64,000 nucleotides of DNA from Eledone cirrhosa (Eukaryota), in the NCBI GenBank assembly GCA_964016885.1, contig OZ024740.1, positions 218,736,001-218,800,000 of the forward strand, given 5' to 3'. Positions 1 through 17,002 of this stretch are shown here, piece by piece (within the stretch, counting starts at the first letter, position 1; each line of letters begins with the position of its first letter). Below the pieces are notes generated by a model. The model ran no database searches. It saw nothing but the letters and a program-made list of their open reading frames with translations, and was not told the DNA's origin. The position numbers were made by a program, and so were the translations under genes.

Positions 1-11
1 TTGTATATATG

Positions 12-66
<55 letters not shown>

Positions 67-77
67 TTGTATATATG

Positions 78-115
<38 letters not shown>

Positions 116-682
116 TTTGTATATATGTATATATATATATATTTGTATATGATATATATATATATATATTTGTATATATGTATATATATATATTTGTATA
201 TATATGTATATTTATATATATATTTGTATATATGTATATATATATATATTTGTATATATGTATATATATATATATTTGTATATATGTATATATATATATA
301 TTTGTATATATGTATATATATATATATTTGTATATATGTATATATATATATATATGTATATATGTATATATTTGTATTTATGTATATATATATATATTTG
401 TATATATGTATATATATATATATTTGTATATATGTATATATATATATATTTGTATATATGTATATATATTTGTATATTTGTATATATGTATATATATTTG
501 TATATATGTATATATATATATATATTTGTATATATGTGTAATATATATATATATTTGTATTTATGTGTATATATATATATATTTTATATATGTGTATATA
601 TATATATATTTGTATATATGTGTATATATATATATATTTGTATATATGTGTATATATTATATATATTTTTATGTATTTGTAT
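1..682. repeat. Compound microsatellite/minisatellite, unit about TTTGTATATATG(TA)n
   Basis: Directly visible tandem array; the overlapping Y/I/C/V ORFs are translation artefacts. Confidence 0.95.
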
Positions 683-1535
683 CTGTTAGAACAACGAAAA
701 AGTGTGAAACAACAATGTTCACTTTTCGTGTTCTAACATATATGCGTAGCTTCTTAAAAAATTTTCGGGGATAGCCGTGGTGGTGGTGATCGTATGTCAT
801 TGGCTAATTTTCAACAATCAGAGTACCTCTCTCTATATCTCTTCCACTGTTACTTACGCCTGTTTCTCTCTATCTGTTCCGTCTCTATATATATCTCTTA
901 CTCTTTCGCTTTGCACTCCTCCCCTTCAATACATCTCTCCCCTCTCTATATATTTGTTACTCTATCGCTGCACGCTCCTCTCCTTCAATATATCAATTAC
1001 ACACGCTTTACACTCTTTATCCCCAGCGCCCCTATATATACACCCCCCCCCCCTCTCCCGCATCTATTTTTTAATGTACCGTTGCACCGTGAATATATGT
1101 GTCTATATATATATACATATATATTGTATATACACATTCATGTATGTGTATACACACTCATGTATGTATATACACTGGTTTTATGTGTGTATTGTAAATT
1201 TGTACTGTTAAAACACGAAACTAACATTCGATTGACACTTTGATTACCTGTACAGGCAATAGTTATTAGAATGCTGTTGAAGTGTGTATATATTTTGGGG
1301 ACATCCTGTATATATAATGATATTTTTATATGTTACACTCTAAGAATTAACTAAGTGAAATAGCGTAAAAATAAAGGCTTCGTTGGTTTAATGCTATTTT
1401 TATAAAGGATGCCACAGAATGTACGATATATAATGATTACAATATTTTTTAGCAACAACTCTAGTCCCACACTTTTGAAGGTTTATTATAACATTCTGTG
1501 GCACTTTTGAGCTTGCGCATTTTTCATGTCTAGTG
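683..1535. repeat. Unclassified non-satellite segment bounded by inverted repeats; second copy at about 11853-12706
   Basis: Near-identical to 11853-12706; hairpin TGTTAGAACACGAAAAGTG...CACTTTTCGTGTTCTAACA at the left end and TGCCACAGAATGT...ACATTCTGTGGCA near the right end. Confidence 0.55.
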
Positions 1536-1552
1536 TATATATTTATGTATTT

Positions 1553-1965
1553 GGGAGAGATGACCCCTTAGCCTTTGTCAAGGCAGAATTCTAGGAGAAG
1601 GAAAACTTTGATGTAAGACCTGCAAACCCTGATGGTATCCAATGATGTTGACGTGTTCTTCTTCGTGGTAAATATCATCTTGGTTCAGAGAGTGGGACTG
1701 GCTTTGTGCAGTGCCTTTGCTCACTATAAAGCTTCATGGCACAGGCATTGCTTTATATCTGGAGATCTCCTCTGCACTTGTCATCACATGGTACCATGGG
1801 CCCAGCACTATGTGTCAATAATTGTCACAAGTAGTAGTGTTTGTACCAGAGTTTTCATGTCGCTGGCTGGACTAAAAAGTCACACTCGTTCAGCGCATCG
1901 GTAGGGGTTCTCCTACATGGATATAAAGTAGTGGCCGTACTCGAAAACGAGTTGGCAGCCACCAT
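1553..1965 (+). mobile_element. 5'-truncated copy of the non-autonomous RTE-derived element
   Basis: Matches about 17200-17610; TAGGAGAAGGAAAACT motif, C2H2 remnant, ends CAGCCACCAT followed by a (TATG)n-type tail. Confidence 0.75.
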
Positions 1966-4900
1966 TTGTATGTATGTATGTATATATATATGTATTTGTA
2001 TGCTATGTATATATATATTGTATTTGTATGTATGTATATATATATGTATTTGTATGTATGTATATATATATGTATTTGTATGTATGTATATGATATATGT
2101 ATTAGTATGTATGTATATATATATGTATTTGTATGTATGTATATATATATGTATTTGTATGTATGTATATATATATGTATTTGTATGTATATATATATAT
2201 ATATGTATTTGTATGTATATATATATATATGTATTTGTATGTATATATATATATATGTATTTGTATGTATATAATGTATTGTATGTATATATATGTATTT
2301 GTATGTATATATATGTATTTGTATGTATATATGTATTTGTATGTATATAATATGTATTTGTATGTATATATATATGTATTTGTATGTATATATATAGTAG
2401 TATTTGTATGTATATTATGTATTGTATGTATATATATATGTATTTGTATGTATATATATGTATTTGTATGTATTATATTATGTATTTGTATGTATATATA
2501 TATGTATTTGTATGTATATATATATGTATTTGTATGATATATAGTATTGTAAGTATATATATGTATTTGTATGTATATATATATGTATTTGTATGTATAT
2601 ATATATGTATTTGTATGTATATATATATGTATTTGTATGTATATATATATGTATTTGTATGTATATATATATTTATTTGTATGTATATATATATGTATTT
2701 GTATGTATATATATATGTATTTGTATGTATATATATATGTATTTGTATGTATATATATTGTATTTGTATGTATATATATATGTATTTGTATGTATATATA
2801 TGTATTTGTATGTATATATATATGTATTTGTATGTATATATATATGTATTTGTATGTATATATATATGTATTTGTATGTATATATATATGTATTTGTATG
2901 TATATATATATATGTATTTGTATGTATATATATATATGTATTTGTATGTATATATATATGTATTTGTATGTATATATATATGTATTTGTATGTATATATA
3001 TATATGTATTTGTATGTATATATATATATGTATTTGTATGTATATATATATGTATTTGTATGTATATATATATGTATTTGTATGTATATATATATGTATT
3101 TGTATGTATATATATATATGTATTTGTATGTATATATATATGTATTTGTATGTATATATATAATGTATTGTATGTATTATTTATATATATATATGTATTT
3201 GTATGTATATATATATATGTATTTGTATGTATATATATATATGTATTTGTATGTATATATATATGTATTTGTATGTATATATATATGTATTTGTATGTAT
3301 ATATATATGTATTTGTATGTATATATATATGTATTTGTATGTATATATAAGTATTTGTATGTATATTTATGTATTGTATGTATATATATATATGTATTTG
3401 TATGTATATATATATGTATTTGTATGTATATATATATGTATTTGTATGTATATAATATATTTGTATTGTATGTATTTAGTATTATATGTATTATATATGT
3501 ATTTGTATTATATATATATGTATTTGTATGTATATATATATATGTATTTGTATGTAATATATATGTATTTGTATGTATATATATATGTATTGTATGTATA
3601 TATTATGTATGTTGTATTATATATATGTATTTGTATGTATATATATATGTATTTGTATGTATATATATATATGTATTTGTATGTATATATATATGTATTT
3701 GTATGTATATATATTATTGTATGTATATATATGTTTTGTATGTATATATATGTATTTGTATGTTTATATATATGTATTTGTATGTATATATATAGTATTT
3801 GTATGTATATATATATGTATTTGTATGTATATATATATGTATTTGTATGTATATATATATATTATATATATGTATTTGTATGTATATATATATATATATA
3901 TGTATTTGTATGTATATATATATATATATGTATTTGTATGTAATATATTATATTAGTATTTGTATGTATATATATAATATATGTATTTGTATGTATATAA
4001 ATATATATTGTATTTGTATGTATATATTATATGTATTTGTATGTATATATTATATGTATTTGTATGTATATATATATATTATGTATTTGTATGTATATAT
4101 ATATATATGTATTTGTATGTATATATATATATTATATATTATGTATTTGTATGTATATATATTATATATATATATGTATTTGTATGTATATATATATATT
4201 TATATATGTATTTGTATGTATATATATATATATATGTATTTGTTATTTATATATATATGTATTTGTATGTATATATATATATATGTATTTGTGATGTATA
4301 TATATATATATATGTATTTGTATGTATGTATATATATATATATATGTATTTGTATGTATATATATATATATGTATTTGTATGTATATATATATATGTATT
4401 TGTATGTATATTATATATATGTATTGTATTATATATATATATATATGTATTTGTATGTATATATATATTATATATATATGTATTTGTATGTATATATATA
4501 TATAGTATTTGTATGTATATATATATATATTATGTATGTATATATATATATATATGTATTTGTATGTATATATATATATATATGTATTTGTATGTATATA
4601 TATATATATGTATTTGTATGTATATATAATATATGTATTTGTATGTATATATATATATATATATGTATTTGTATGTTATATATATATATATAATATGTAT
4701 TTGTATGTATATATATTATATATATATATGTATTTGTATGTATATATATATATTTATATATAGTATTTGTATGTATATATATATATATATATATGTATTT
4801 GTATGTATATATATATATATATATGTTATTTGTATGTATATTTATATATATATATATGTATTTGTATGTATATATATATATATATATGTATTTGTATGTA

Positions 4901-5695
4901 TATATATATTATATTATGTATTTGTATGTATATATTATATATATATATGTATTTGTATGTATATTATAATATATATATGTATTTGTATGTATATATATAT
5001 ATATATATGTATATGTATTTGTATGTATATATATATATAATATATGTATTTGTATGTATTATATTATATATATATATATATGTATTTGTATGTATATATA
5101 TATATATATATATGTATTTGTATGTATATATATATATATATATATGTATTTGTATGTATATATATATATATATATGTATTTGTATGTATATATATATATA
5201 TATATATGTATTTGTATGTATATATATATATATATATTATATTTGTATGTATATATATATATATATATATGTATTTGTATGTATATATATATATATATAT
5301 TTATTTGTATGTATATATATATATATATATGTATTTGTATGTATATATATATATATATTTGTATTTGTATGTATATATATATATATATATTGTATTTGTA
5401 TGTATATATATATATATTATGTATTTGTATGTATATATATATATATATATGTATTTGTATGTATATATATATATTATATATGTATTTGTATGTATATATA
5501 TATATATATATATATGTATTTGTATGTATATATATATATATATATATGTATTTGTATGTATATATATATATATATATATGTATTTGTATGTATTTGTATG
5601 TAATATATATATATATATATGTATTTGTATGTTTGTATGTATATATATATATATATATGTATTTGTATGTATATATATATATATATATGTATTTG

Positions 5696-5730
<35 letters not shown>

Positions 5731-5907
5731 TTGTATGTATATATTATTATATATATATGTATTTGTATGTATATATATATATATATATATGTATTTGTAT
5801 GTATATATATATATATATATGTATGGTATTTGTATGTATATATATATATATATATGTATGTATTATATATATGTATGTATATATATATATATATATATAT
5901 TTATGTT
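1966..5907. repeat. Tandem array, unit GTATTTGTATG(TA)n
   Basis: Visible ~22-30 bp unit; noisier than the equivalent array at 13137-17002. Confidence 0.95.
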
Positions 5908-5978
5908 CAGGTCACCAGTTGGTGCTACTGGTAACAATGTATCCCAGTACAACCTGTCTCATGGTCGGGTCGTTGGCG
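5908..5978 (+). mobile_element. 5' end of the non-autonomous RTE-derived element, cut off by the assembly gap
   Basis: CAGGTCACCAGTTGGTGCTACTGGTAAC... matches 17003-17072. Confidence 0.75.
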
Positions 5979-6178
5979 NNNNNNNNNNNNNNNNNNNNNN
6001 NNNNNNNNNNNNNNNNNNNNNNNNNNNNNNNNNNNNNNNNNNNNNNNNNNNNNNNNNNNNNNNNNNNNNNNNNNNNNNNNNNNNNNNNNNNNNNNNNNNN
6101 NNNNNNNNNNNNNNNNNNNNNNNNNNNNNNNNNNNNNNNNNNNNNNNNNNNNNNNNNNNNNNNNNNNNNNNNNNNNNN
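5979..6178. other. Assembly gap (200 N)
   Basis: Run of n characters. Confidence 0.99.
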
Positions 6179-8842
6179 TATATATATTTGTATGTATATA
6201 TATATATATTATTTGTATGTATATATATATTTGTATGTATATATATATTTGTATGTATATATATTTATTATATATTTGTATGTATATATATATATATATT
6301 TGTATGTATATATATATATATATTTGTATGTAATATATATATATTTGTATGTATATATATATATTTGTGTATATATATATATATTTGTATGTATATATAT
6401 ATATATATTTGTATGTATATATATATATATATTTGTATGTATATATATATATATATATTTGTATGTATATATATATATATATATATTGTATGTATATATA
6501 TATATATATATATATTGTATGTATATATATATATATATATTTGTATGTATATATATATATATATATTTGTATGTATATATATATATATATTTGTATGTAT
6601 ATATATATATATATATTGTATGTATATATATATATATATTTGTATGTATATATATATATATATTTGTATGTATATATATATATATATTTGTATGTATATA
6701 TATATATATATTTGTATGTATATATATATATATATATTTGTATGTATATATATATATATATTTGTATGTATATATATATATATATTTGTATGTATATATA
6801 TATATATATTTGTATGTATATATATATATATATATTTGTATGTATATATTATATATATTTGTATGTATATATATATATATATATATTTGTATGTATATAT
6901 ATATATATATATTTGTATGTATATATATATATATATATATTTGTATGTATATATATATATATATATATTTGTATGTATATATATATATATATTTGTATGT
7001 ATATATATATATATATATTTGTATGTATATATATATATATATATTTGTATGTATATATATATATATATATTTGTATGTATATATATATATATATATTTGT
7101 ATGTATATATATATATATATTTGTATGTATATATATATATATATATTTGTATGTATATATATATATATATTTGTATGTATATATATATATATATATTTGT
7201 ATGTATATATATATATATATTTGTATGTATATATATATATATATATTTGTATGTATATATATATATATATATTTGTATGTATATATATATATATATATTT
7301 GTATGTATATATATATATATATATTTGTATGTATATATATATATATATATTTGTATGTATATATATATATATATTTGTATGTATATATATATATATATTT
7401 GTATGTATATATATATATATATTTGTATGTATATATATATATATATATTTGTATGTATATATATATATATATATTTGTATGTATATATATATATATATAT
7501 ATTTGTATGTATATATATATATATATATTTGTATGTATATATATATATATATATTTGTATGTATATATATATATATATATTTGTATGTATATATATATAT
7601 ATATTTGTATGTATATATATATATATATATATTTGTATGTATATATATATATATATATTTGTATGTATATATATATATATATATTTGTATGTATATATAT
7701 ATATATATATTTGTATGTATATATATATATATATATTTGTATGTATATATATATATATTGTATGTATATATATATATATTTGTATGTATATATATATATA
7801 TATATTTGTATGTATATATATATATATATATTTGTATGTATATATATATATATATATATTTGTATGTATATATATATATATATATTTGTATGTATATATA
7901 TATATATATTTGTATGTATATATTATATATATATTTGTATGTATATATATATATATATATTTGTATGTATATATATATATATATATTTGTATGTATATAT
8001 ATATATATATATTTGTATGTATATATATATATATATATTTGTATGTATATATATATATATATATTTGTATGTATATATATATATATATATTTGTATGTAT
8101 ATATATATATATATATTGTATGTATATATATATATATATATTTGTATGTATATATATATATATATATTTGTATGTATATATATATATATATTTGTATGTA
8201 TATATATATATATATATTTGTATGTATATATATATATATATATTTGTATGTATATATATATATATATTTGTATGTATATATATATATATATATTTGTATG
8301 TATATATATATATATATATTTGTATGTATATATATATATATATATTTGTATGTATATATATATATATATATTTGTATGTATATATATATATATATATTTG
8401 TATGTATATATATATATATATATTTGTATGTATATATATATATATATATTTGTATGTATATATATATATATATATTTGTATGTATATATATATATATATA
8501 TATTTGTATGTATATATATATATATATATTTGTATGTATATATATATATATATATTTGTATGTATATATATATATATATTTGTATGTATATATATATATA
8601 TATTTGTATGTATATATATATATATATTTGTATGTATATATATATATATATTTGTATGTATATATATATATATATATTTGTATGTATATATATATATATA
8701 TTTGTATATATATATATATATATATATATTTGTATATATATATATATATATTTGTATATATATATATTTGTATATATATATATATATATTTGTATATATA
8801 TATATTTGTATATATATATATATATTTGTATATATATATATT

Positions 8843-8920
<78 letters not shown>

Positions 8921-8971
8921 ATATATATATATATTTGTATATATATATATTTGTATATATATATATATTTG

Positions 8972-9007
<36 letters not shown>

Positions 9008-9301
9008 TGTATATATATATATATTTGTATATATATATATATTTGTATATATATATATATTTGTATATATATATATATTTGTATATATATATATATTTGT
9101 ATATATATATATATTTGTATATATATATATATTTGTATATATATATATATTTGTATATATATATATATTTGTATATATATATATATTTGTATATATATAT
9201 ATATTTGTATATATGTATATGTATATGTGTATATATATATGTGTATATATATATGTATATATATATATATATATTGTATATATTATATATGTATATATAT
9301 G

Positions 9302-9332
<31 letters not shown>

Positions 9333-9343
9333 GTATATATATG

Positions 9344-9394
<51 letters not shown>

Positions 9395-9467
9395 GTATAT
9401 ATATGTATATATATATGTATATATATGTATATATATATGTATATATATATATATATGTATATATATG

Positions 9468-9522
<55 letters not shown>

Positions 9523-9579
9523 GTATATATATATGTATATATATATGTATATATATGTATATATGTATATATGTATATG

Positions 9580-9613
<34 letters not shown>

Positions 9614-10407
9614 TTGTATATGTATATATATATATATTTGTATATATGTATATATATATATTTGTATATATGTATATATATATATATTTGTATATATGTA
9701 TATATATATATATTTGTATATATGTATATATATATATATTTGTATATATGTATATATATATATATTTGTATATATGTATATATATATATATTTGTATATA
9801 TGTATATATATATATATTTGTATATATGTATATATATATATTTGTATATATGTATATATATATATATTTGTATATATGTATATATATATATATTTGTTTA
9901 TATGTATATATATATATTTGTATATATGTATATATATATATTTGTATATATGTATATATATATATATTTGTATATATGTATATATATATATATTTGTTTA
10001 TTTGTATATATATATATATTTGTATATTTGTATATATATATATATATATTGTATATTTGTATATATATATATATATATTTGTATATTTGTATATATATAT
10101 ATATATTTGTATATATGTATATATATATATATATTTGTATATATGTATATATATATATATATATTTGTATATATATATATATATTTGTATATATGTATAT
10201 ATATATATATATTTGTATATATGTATATATATATTTGTATATATGTATATGTATATATATATTTGTATATGTATATATGTATATATATATTTGTATATTT
10301 GTATATATGTATATATATATTTGTATATATGTATATATATATTTGTATATATGTATATATATATATATTTGTATATATGTATATATATATATATATTTGT
10401 ATATATG

Positions 10408-10443
<36 letters not shown>

Positions 10444-11149
10444 TGTATATATGTATATATATATATATATATTTGTATATATGTATATATATATATATTT
10501 GTATATATGTATATATATATATATTTGTATATATGTATATATATATATATTTGTATATATGTATATATATATATATATTTGTATATATGTATATATATAT
10601 ATATATATTTGTATATATGTATATATATATATATATATTTGTATATATGTATATATATATATATATATTTGTATATATTTGTATATATGTATATATATAT
10701 ATTATATATTTGTATATATGTATATATATATATATTTGTATATATGTATATATATATATTTGTATATATGTATATATATATATATTTGTATATATGTATA
10801 TATATATATATTTGTATATATGTATATATATATATATTTGTATATATGTATATATATATATATTTGTATATATGTATATATATATATATTTGTATATATG
10901 TATATATATATATATATTGTATATATGTATATATATATATATTTGTATATATGTATATATATATATATATTTGTATATATGTATATATATATATATATTT
11001 GTATATATGTATATATATATATATATTTGTATATGTGTATATATATATATATATTTGTATATATGTATATATATATATATATTTGTATATGTGTATATAT
11101 ATATATATATTTGTGTATATGTGTATATATATATATATTTGTATATATG

Positions 11150-11187
<38 letters not shown>

Positions 11188-11199
11188 TTTGTATATATG

Positions 11200-11237
<38 letters not shown>

Positions 11238-11247
11238 TGTATATATG

Positions 11248-11285
<38 letters not shown>

Positions 11286-11852
11286 TTTGTATATATGTAT
11301 ATATATATATATTTGTATATATGTATATATATATATATATTTGTATATATGTATATATATATATATTTGTATATATGTATATATATATATATTTGTATAT
11401 ATGTATATATATATATATTTGTATATATGTATATATATATATATTTGTATATATGTATATATATATATATTTGTATATATGTATATATATATATATTTGT
11501 ATATATGTATATATATATATATTTGTATATATGTATATATATATATATTTGTATATATGATATATATATATATTTGTATATATGTATATATATATATTGT
11601 ATATATGTATATATATATATATTTGTATATATGTATATATATTTGTATATGTATATATGTATATATATTTGTATATATGTATATATATATATATATTTGT
11701 ATATATGTGTATATATATATATATTTGTATATATGTGTATATATATATATATTTGTATATATGTGTATATATATATATATTTGTATATATGTGTATATAT
11801 ATATATATTTGTATATATGTGTATATATATATATATATTTATGTATTTGTAT
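6179..11852. repeat. Tandem arrays TTTGTATG(TA)n, then TTTG(TA)n, TG(TA)n, then TTTGTATATATG(TA)n
   Basis: Directly visible; the unit changes in blocks along the array. Confidence 0.95.
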
Positions 11853-12706
11853 CTGTTAGAACACGAAAAGTGTGAAACAACAATGTTCACTTTTCGTGTT
11901 CTAACATATATGCGTAGCTTCTTAAAAAATTTTCGGGGATAGCCGTGGTGGTGGTGATCGTATGTCATTGGCTAATTTTCAACCAATCAGAGTACCTCTC
12001 TCTATATCTCTTCCACTGTTACTTACGCCTGTTTCTCTCTATCTGTTCCGTCTCTATATATATCTCTTACTCTTTCGCTTTGCACTCCTCCCCTTCAATA
12101 CCATCTCTCCCCCTCTCTATATATTTGTTACTCTATCGCTGCACGCTCCTCTCCTTCAATATATCAATTACACACGCTTTACACTCCTTTATCCCCAGCG
12201 CCCCTATATATACACCCCCCCCCTCTCCCGCATCTATTTTTTAATGTACCGTTGCACCGTGAATATATGTGTCTATATATATATACATATATATTGTATA
12301 TACACATTCATGTATGTGTATACACACTCATGTATGTATATACACTGGTTTTATGTGTGTATTGTAAATTTGTACTGTTAAAACACGAAACTAACATTCG
12401 ATTGACACTTTGATTACCTGTACAGGCAATAGTTATTAGAATGCTGTTGAAGTGTGTATATATTTTTGGGGGACATCCTGTATATATAATGATATTTTTA
12501 TATGTTACACTCTAAGAATTAACTAAGTGAAATAGCGTAAAAATAAAGGCTTCGTTGGTTTAAGCTATTTTTATAAAGGATGCCACAGAATGTACGATAT
12601 ATAATGATTACAATATTTTTTAGCAACAACTCTAGTCCCACACTTTTGAAGGTTTATTATAACATTCTGTGGCACTTTTGAGCTTGCGCATTTTTCATGT
12701 CTAGTG
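11853..12706. repeat. Second copy of the 683-1535 segment
   Basis: Near-identical sequence offset by about 11.17 kb; perfect 19-bp inverted repeat at 11854-11906. Confidence 0.6.
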
Positions 12707-12724
12707 TATATATTTATGTATTTG

Positions 12725-13136
12725 GGGAGAGATGACCCCTTAGCCTTTGTCAAGGCAGAATTCTAGGAGAAGGAAAACTTTGATGTAAGACCTGCAACCC
12801 TGATGGTATCCAATGATGTTGACGTGTTCTTCTTCGTGGTAAATATCATCTTGGTTCAGAGAGTGGGACTGGCTTTGTGCAGTGCCTTTGCTCACTATAA
12901 AAGCTTCATGGCACAGGCATTGCTTTATATCTGGAGATCTCTCTGCACTTGTCATCACATGGTACCATGGGCCCAGCACTATGTGTCAATAATTGTCACA
13001 AGTGTAGTGTTTGTACCAGAGTTTTCATGTCGCTGGCTGGACTAAAAGTCACACTCGTTTCAGCGCATCGGTAGGGGTTCTCCTACATGGATATAAAAGT
13101 AGTGGCCGTACTCGAAAACGAGTTGGCAGCCACCAT
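12725..13136 (+). mobile_element. 5'-truncated copy of the non-autonomous RTE-derived element
   Basis: Matches about 17200-17610 and 1553-1965. Confidence 0.75.
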
Positions 13137-15882
13137 TTTATGTATGTTGTATTATATATGATTTGTATGTATGTATATATATATGTATTTTGTATGTATG
13201 TATATATATATGTATTTGTATGTATGTACCTATATATATGTATTTGTCTGTATGTATATATATATGTATTTGTATGTATGTATATATATATGTATTTGTA
13301 TGTATGTATATATATATGTATTTGTATGTATGTAAATATATATTATTTGTATGTATATATATATATAATGTATTTGTATGTATTATATATATATATGTAT
13401 TTGTATGTATATATATGTATTTGTATGTATATATATTATTTAGTATTATCGCTATTTGTATGTATCTATATATGTATTTGTATGTATAATATATGTATTG
13501 TATGTATATATATATGTATTTGTATGTATTATATATATATGTATTTGTATGTATATATATATGTATTTGTATGTATATATATATGTATTTGTATGTATAT
13601 ATATATGTATTTGTATGTATATATATATGTATTTGTATGTATATATATATGTATTTGTATGTATATATATATGTATTTGTATGTATATATATATGTATTT
13701 GTATGTATATATAGTATTTGTATATATTATATATGTATTTGTATGTATATATATATGTATTTGTATGTATATATATGTATTTGTATGTATATATAATATG
13801 TATTTGTATGTATATATATGTATTTGTATGATATATATATGTATTTGTATGTATATATAATATGTATTTGTATGTATATATATATGTATTTGTATGTATA
13901 TATATATGTATTTGTATGTATATATATATGTATTTGTATGTATATATATATGTATTTGTATGTATATATATATGTATTTGTATGTATATTATATATGTAT
14001 TTGTATGTATATATATATATGTATTTGTTATGTATATATATATGTATTTGTATGTATATATATGTATGATTTGTATGTATATATATATGTATTTGTATGT
14101 ATATATATATGTATTTGTATGTATATATATATGTATTTGTATGTATATATATATGTATTTGTATGTATATATATATGTATTTGTATGTATATATATATAT
14201 GTATTTGTATGTATATATAGATATGTATTTGTATGTATATATATATGATGTATTTGTATGTATATATATATATGTATTTGTATGTATATATATATATGTA
14301 TTTGTATGTATATATATATATGTATTTGTATGTATAATATATATGTATTTGTATGTATATATATATATGTATTTGTATGTATATATATATATGTATTTGT
14401 ATGTATATATATATATGTATTTGTATGTATATATATATATGTATTTGTATGTATATATATATATGTATTTGTATGTATATATATATATGTATTTGTATGT
14501 ATATATATATATGTATTTGTATGTATATATATATATGTATTTGTATGTATATATATATGTATTTGTATGTATATATATATATGTATTTGTATGTATATAT
14601 ATATGTATTTGTATGTATATATATATATGTATTTGTATGTATATATATATATGTATTTGTATGTATATATATATATGTATTTGTATGTATATATATATGT
14701 ATTTGTATGTATATATATAATGTATTTGTATGTATATATATATGTATTTGTATGTATATATATATATGTATTTGTATGTATATATATATGTATTTGTATG
14801 TATATATATATGTATTTGTATGTATATATATATATGTATTTGTATGTATATATATATGTATTTGTATGTATATATATATGTATTTGTATGTATATATATA
14901 TGTATTTGTATGTATATATATATGTATTTGTATGTATATATATATGTATTTGTATGTATATATATATGTATTTGTATGTATATATATATGTATTTGTATG
15001 TATATATATATGTATTTGTATGTATATATATATGTATTTGTATGTATATATATATGTATTTGTATGTATATATATATGTATTTGTATGTATATATATATG
15101 TATTTGTATGTAATATATATGTATTTGTATGTATATATATATGTATATTATATATGTATTTGTATGTATATATATATATATATATATGTATTTGTATGTA
15201 TATATATATATATATATATATATGTATTTGTATGTATATATATATATATATGTATTTGTATGTATATATATATATATATATGTATTTGTATGTATATATA
15301 TATATATATATATATATGTATTTGTATGTAATATATATTATATATATAATATATGTATTTGTATGTATATATATATATATATATATATGTATTTGTATGT
15401 ATATATATATTTATATATATGTATTGTATGTGTATGTATATATATATATATATGTATTTGTATGTATATATATATATATATATGTATTTGTATGTATATA
15501 TATATATATATATGTATTTGTATGTATATATATATATATATATGTATTTGTATGTATATATATATATATATATATGTATGTGTATGTATATATATATATA
15601 TATGTATTTGTATGTATATATATATATATATGTATTTGTATGTATATATATATATATATATGTATTTGTATGTATATATATATATATATATATGTATTTG
15701 TATGTATATATATATATATATGTATTTGTATGTATATATATATATATATGTATTTGTATGTATATATATATATATATATGTATTTGTATGTATATATATA
15801 TATATATATGTATTTGTATGTATATATATATATATATATATGTATTTGTATGTATATATATATATATATATATATGTATTTG

Positions 15883-15917
<35 letters not shown>

Positions 15918-15920
15918 TTG

Positions 15921-15955
<35 letters not shown>

Positions 15956-15958
15956 TTG

Positions 15959-15993
<35 letters not shown>

Positions 15994-17002
15994 TTGTATG
16001 TATATATATATATATATATATGTATTTGTATGTATATATATATATATATATATATATGTATTTGTATGTATATATATATATATATATATGTATTTGTATG
16101 TATATATATATATATATATGTAATTGTATGTATATATATATATATATATATATGTATTTGTATGTATATATATATATATATATATGTATATGTATTTGTA
16201 TGTATATATATATATATATATATGTATTTGTATGTATATATATATATATATATATATATGTATTTGTATGTATATATATATATATATATGTATTTGTATG
16301 TATATATATATATATATATGTATTTGTATGTATATATATATATATATATGTATTTGTATGTATATATATATATATATATATATATTTGTATGTATATATA
16401 TATATATATTTGTATGTATATATATATATATATATATATATTTGTATGTATATATATATATATATATATATATTGTATGTATATATATATATATATATAT
16501 ATATTTGTATGTATATATATATATATATATATGTATTTGTATGTATATATATATATATATATATATGTATTTGTATGTATATATATATATATATATATAT
16601 ATGTATTTGTATGTATATATATATATATATATGTATTTGTATGTATATATATATATATATATGTATTTGTATGTATTTGTATGTATATATATATATATAT
16701 GTATTTGTATGTATATATATATATATATATGTATTTGTATGTATATATATATATATATATGTATTTGTATGTATATATATATATATATATATATATGTAT
16801 TTGTATGTATATATATATATATATATGTATTTGTATGTATATATATATATATATATATATGTATTTGTATGTATATATATATATATATATGTATGTATTT
16901 GTATGTATATATATATATGTATGTATTTGTATGTATATATATATATATATATGTATGTATATATATATGTATGTATATATATATATATATATATATTTAT
17001 GT
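13137..17002. repeat. Tandem array GTATTTGTATG(TA)n with the (TA) run lengthening left to right
   Basis: Directly visible. Confidence 0.95.

Noticed and set aside
6179-17002. Regularly spaced fixed cores resembling a CRISPR array
   Set aside because: The spacers are just (TA)n, not unique sequence; no cas genes; eukaryotic context
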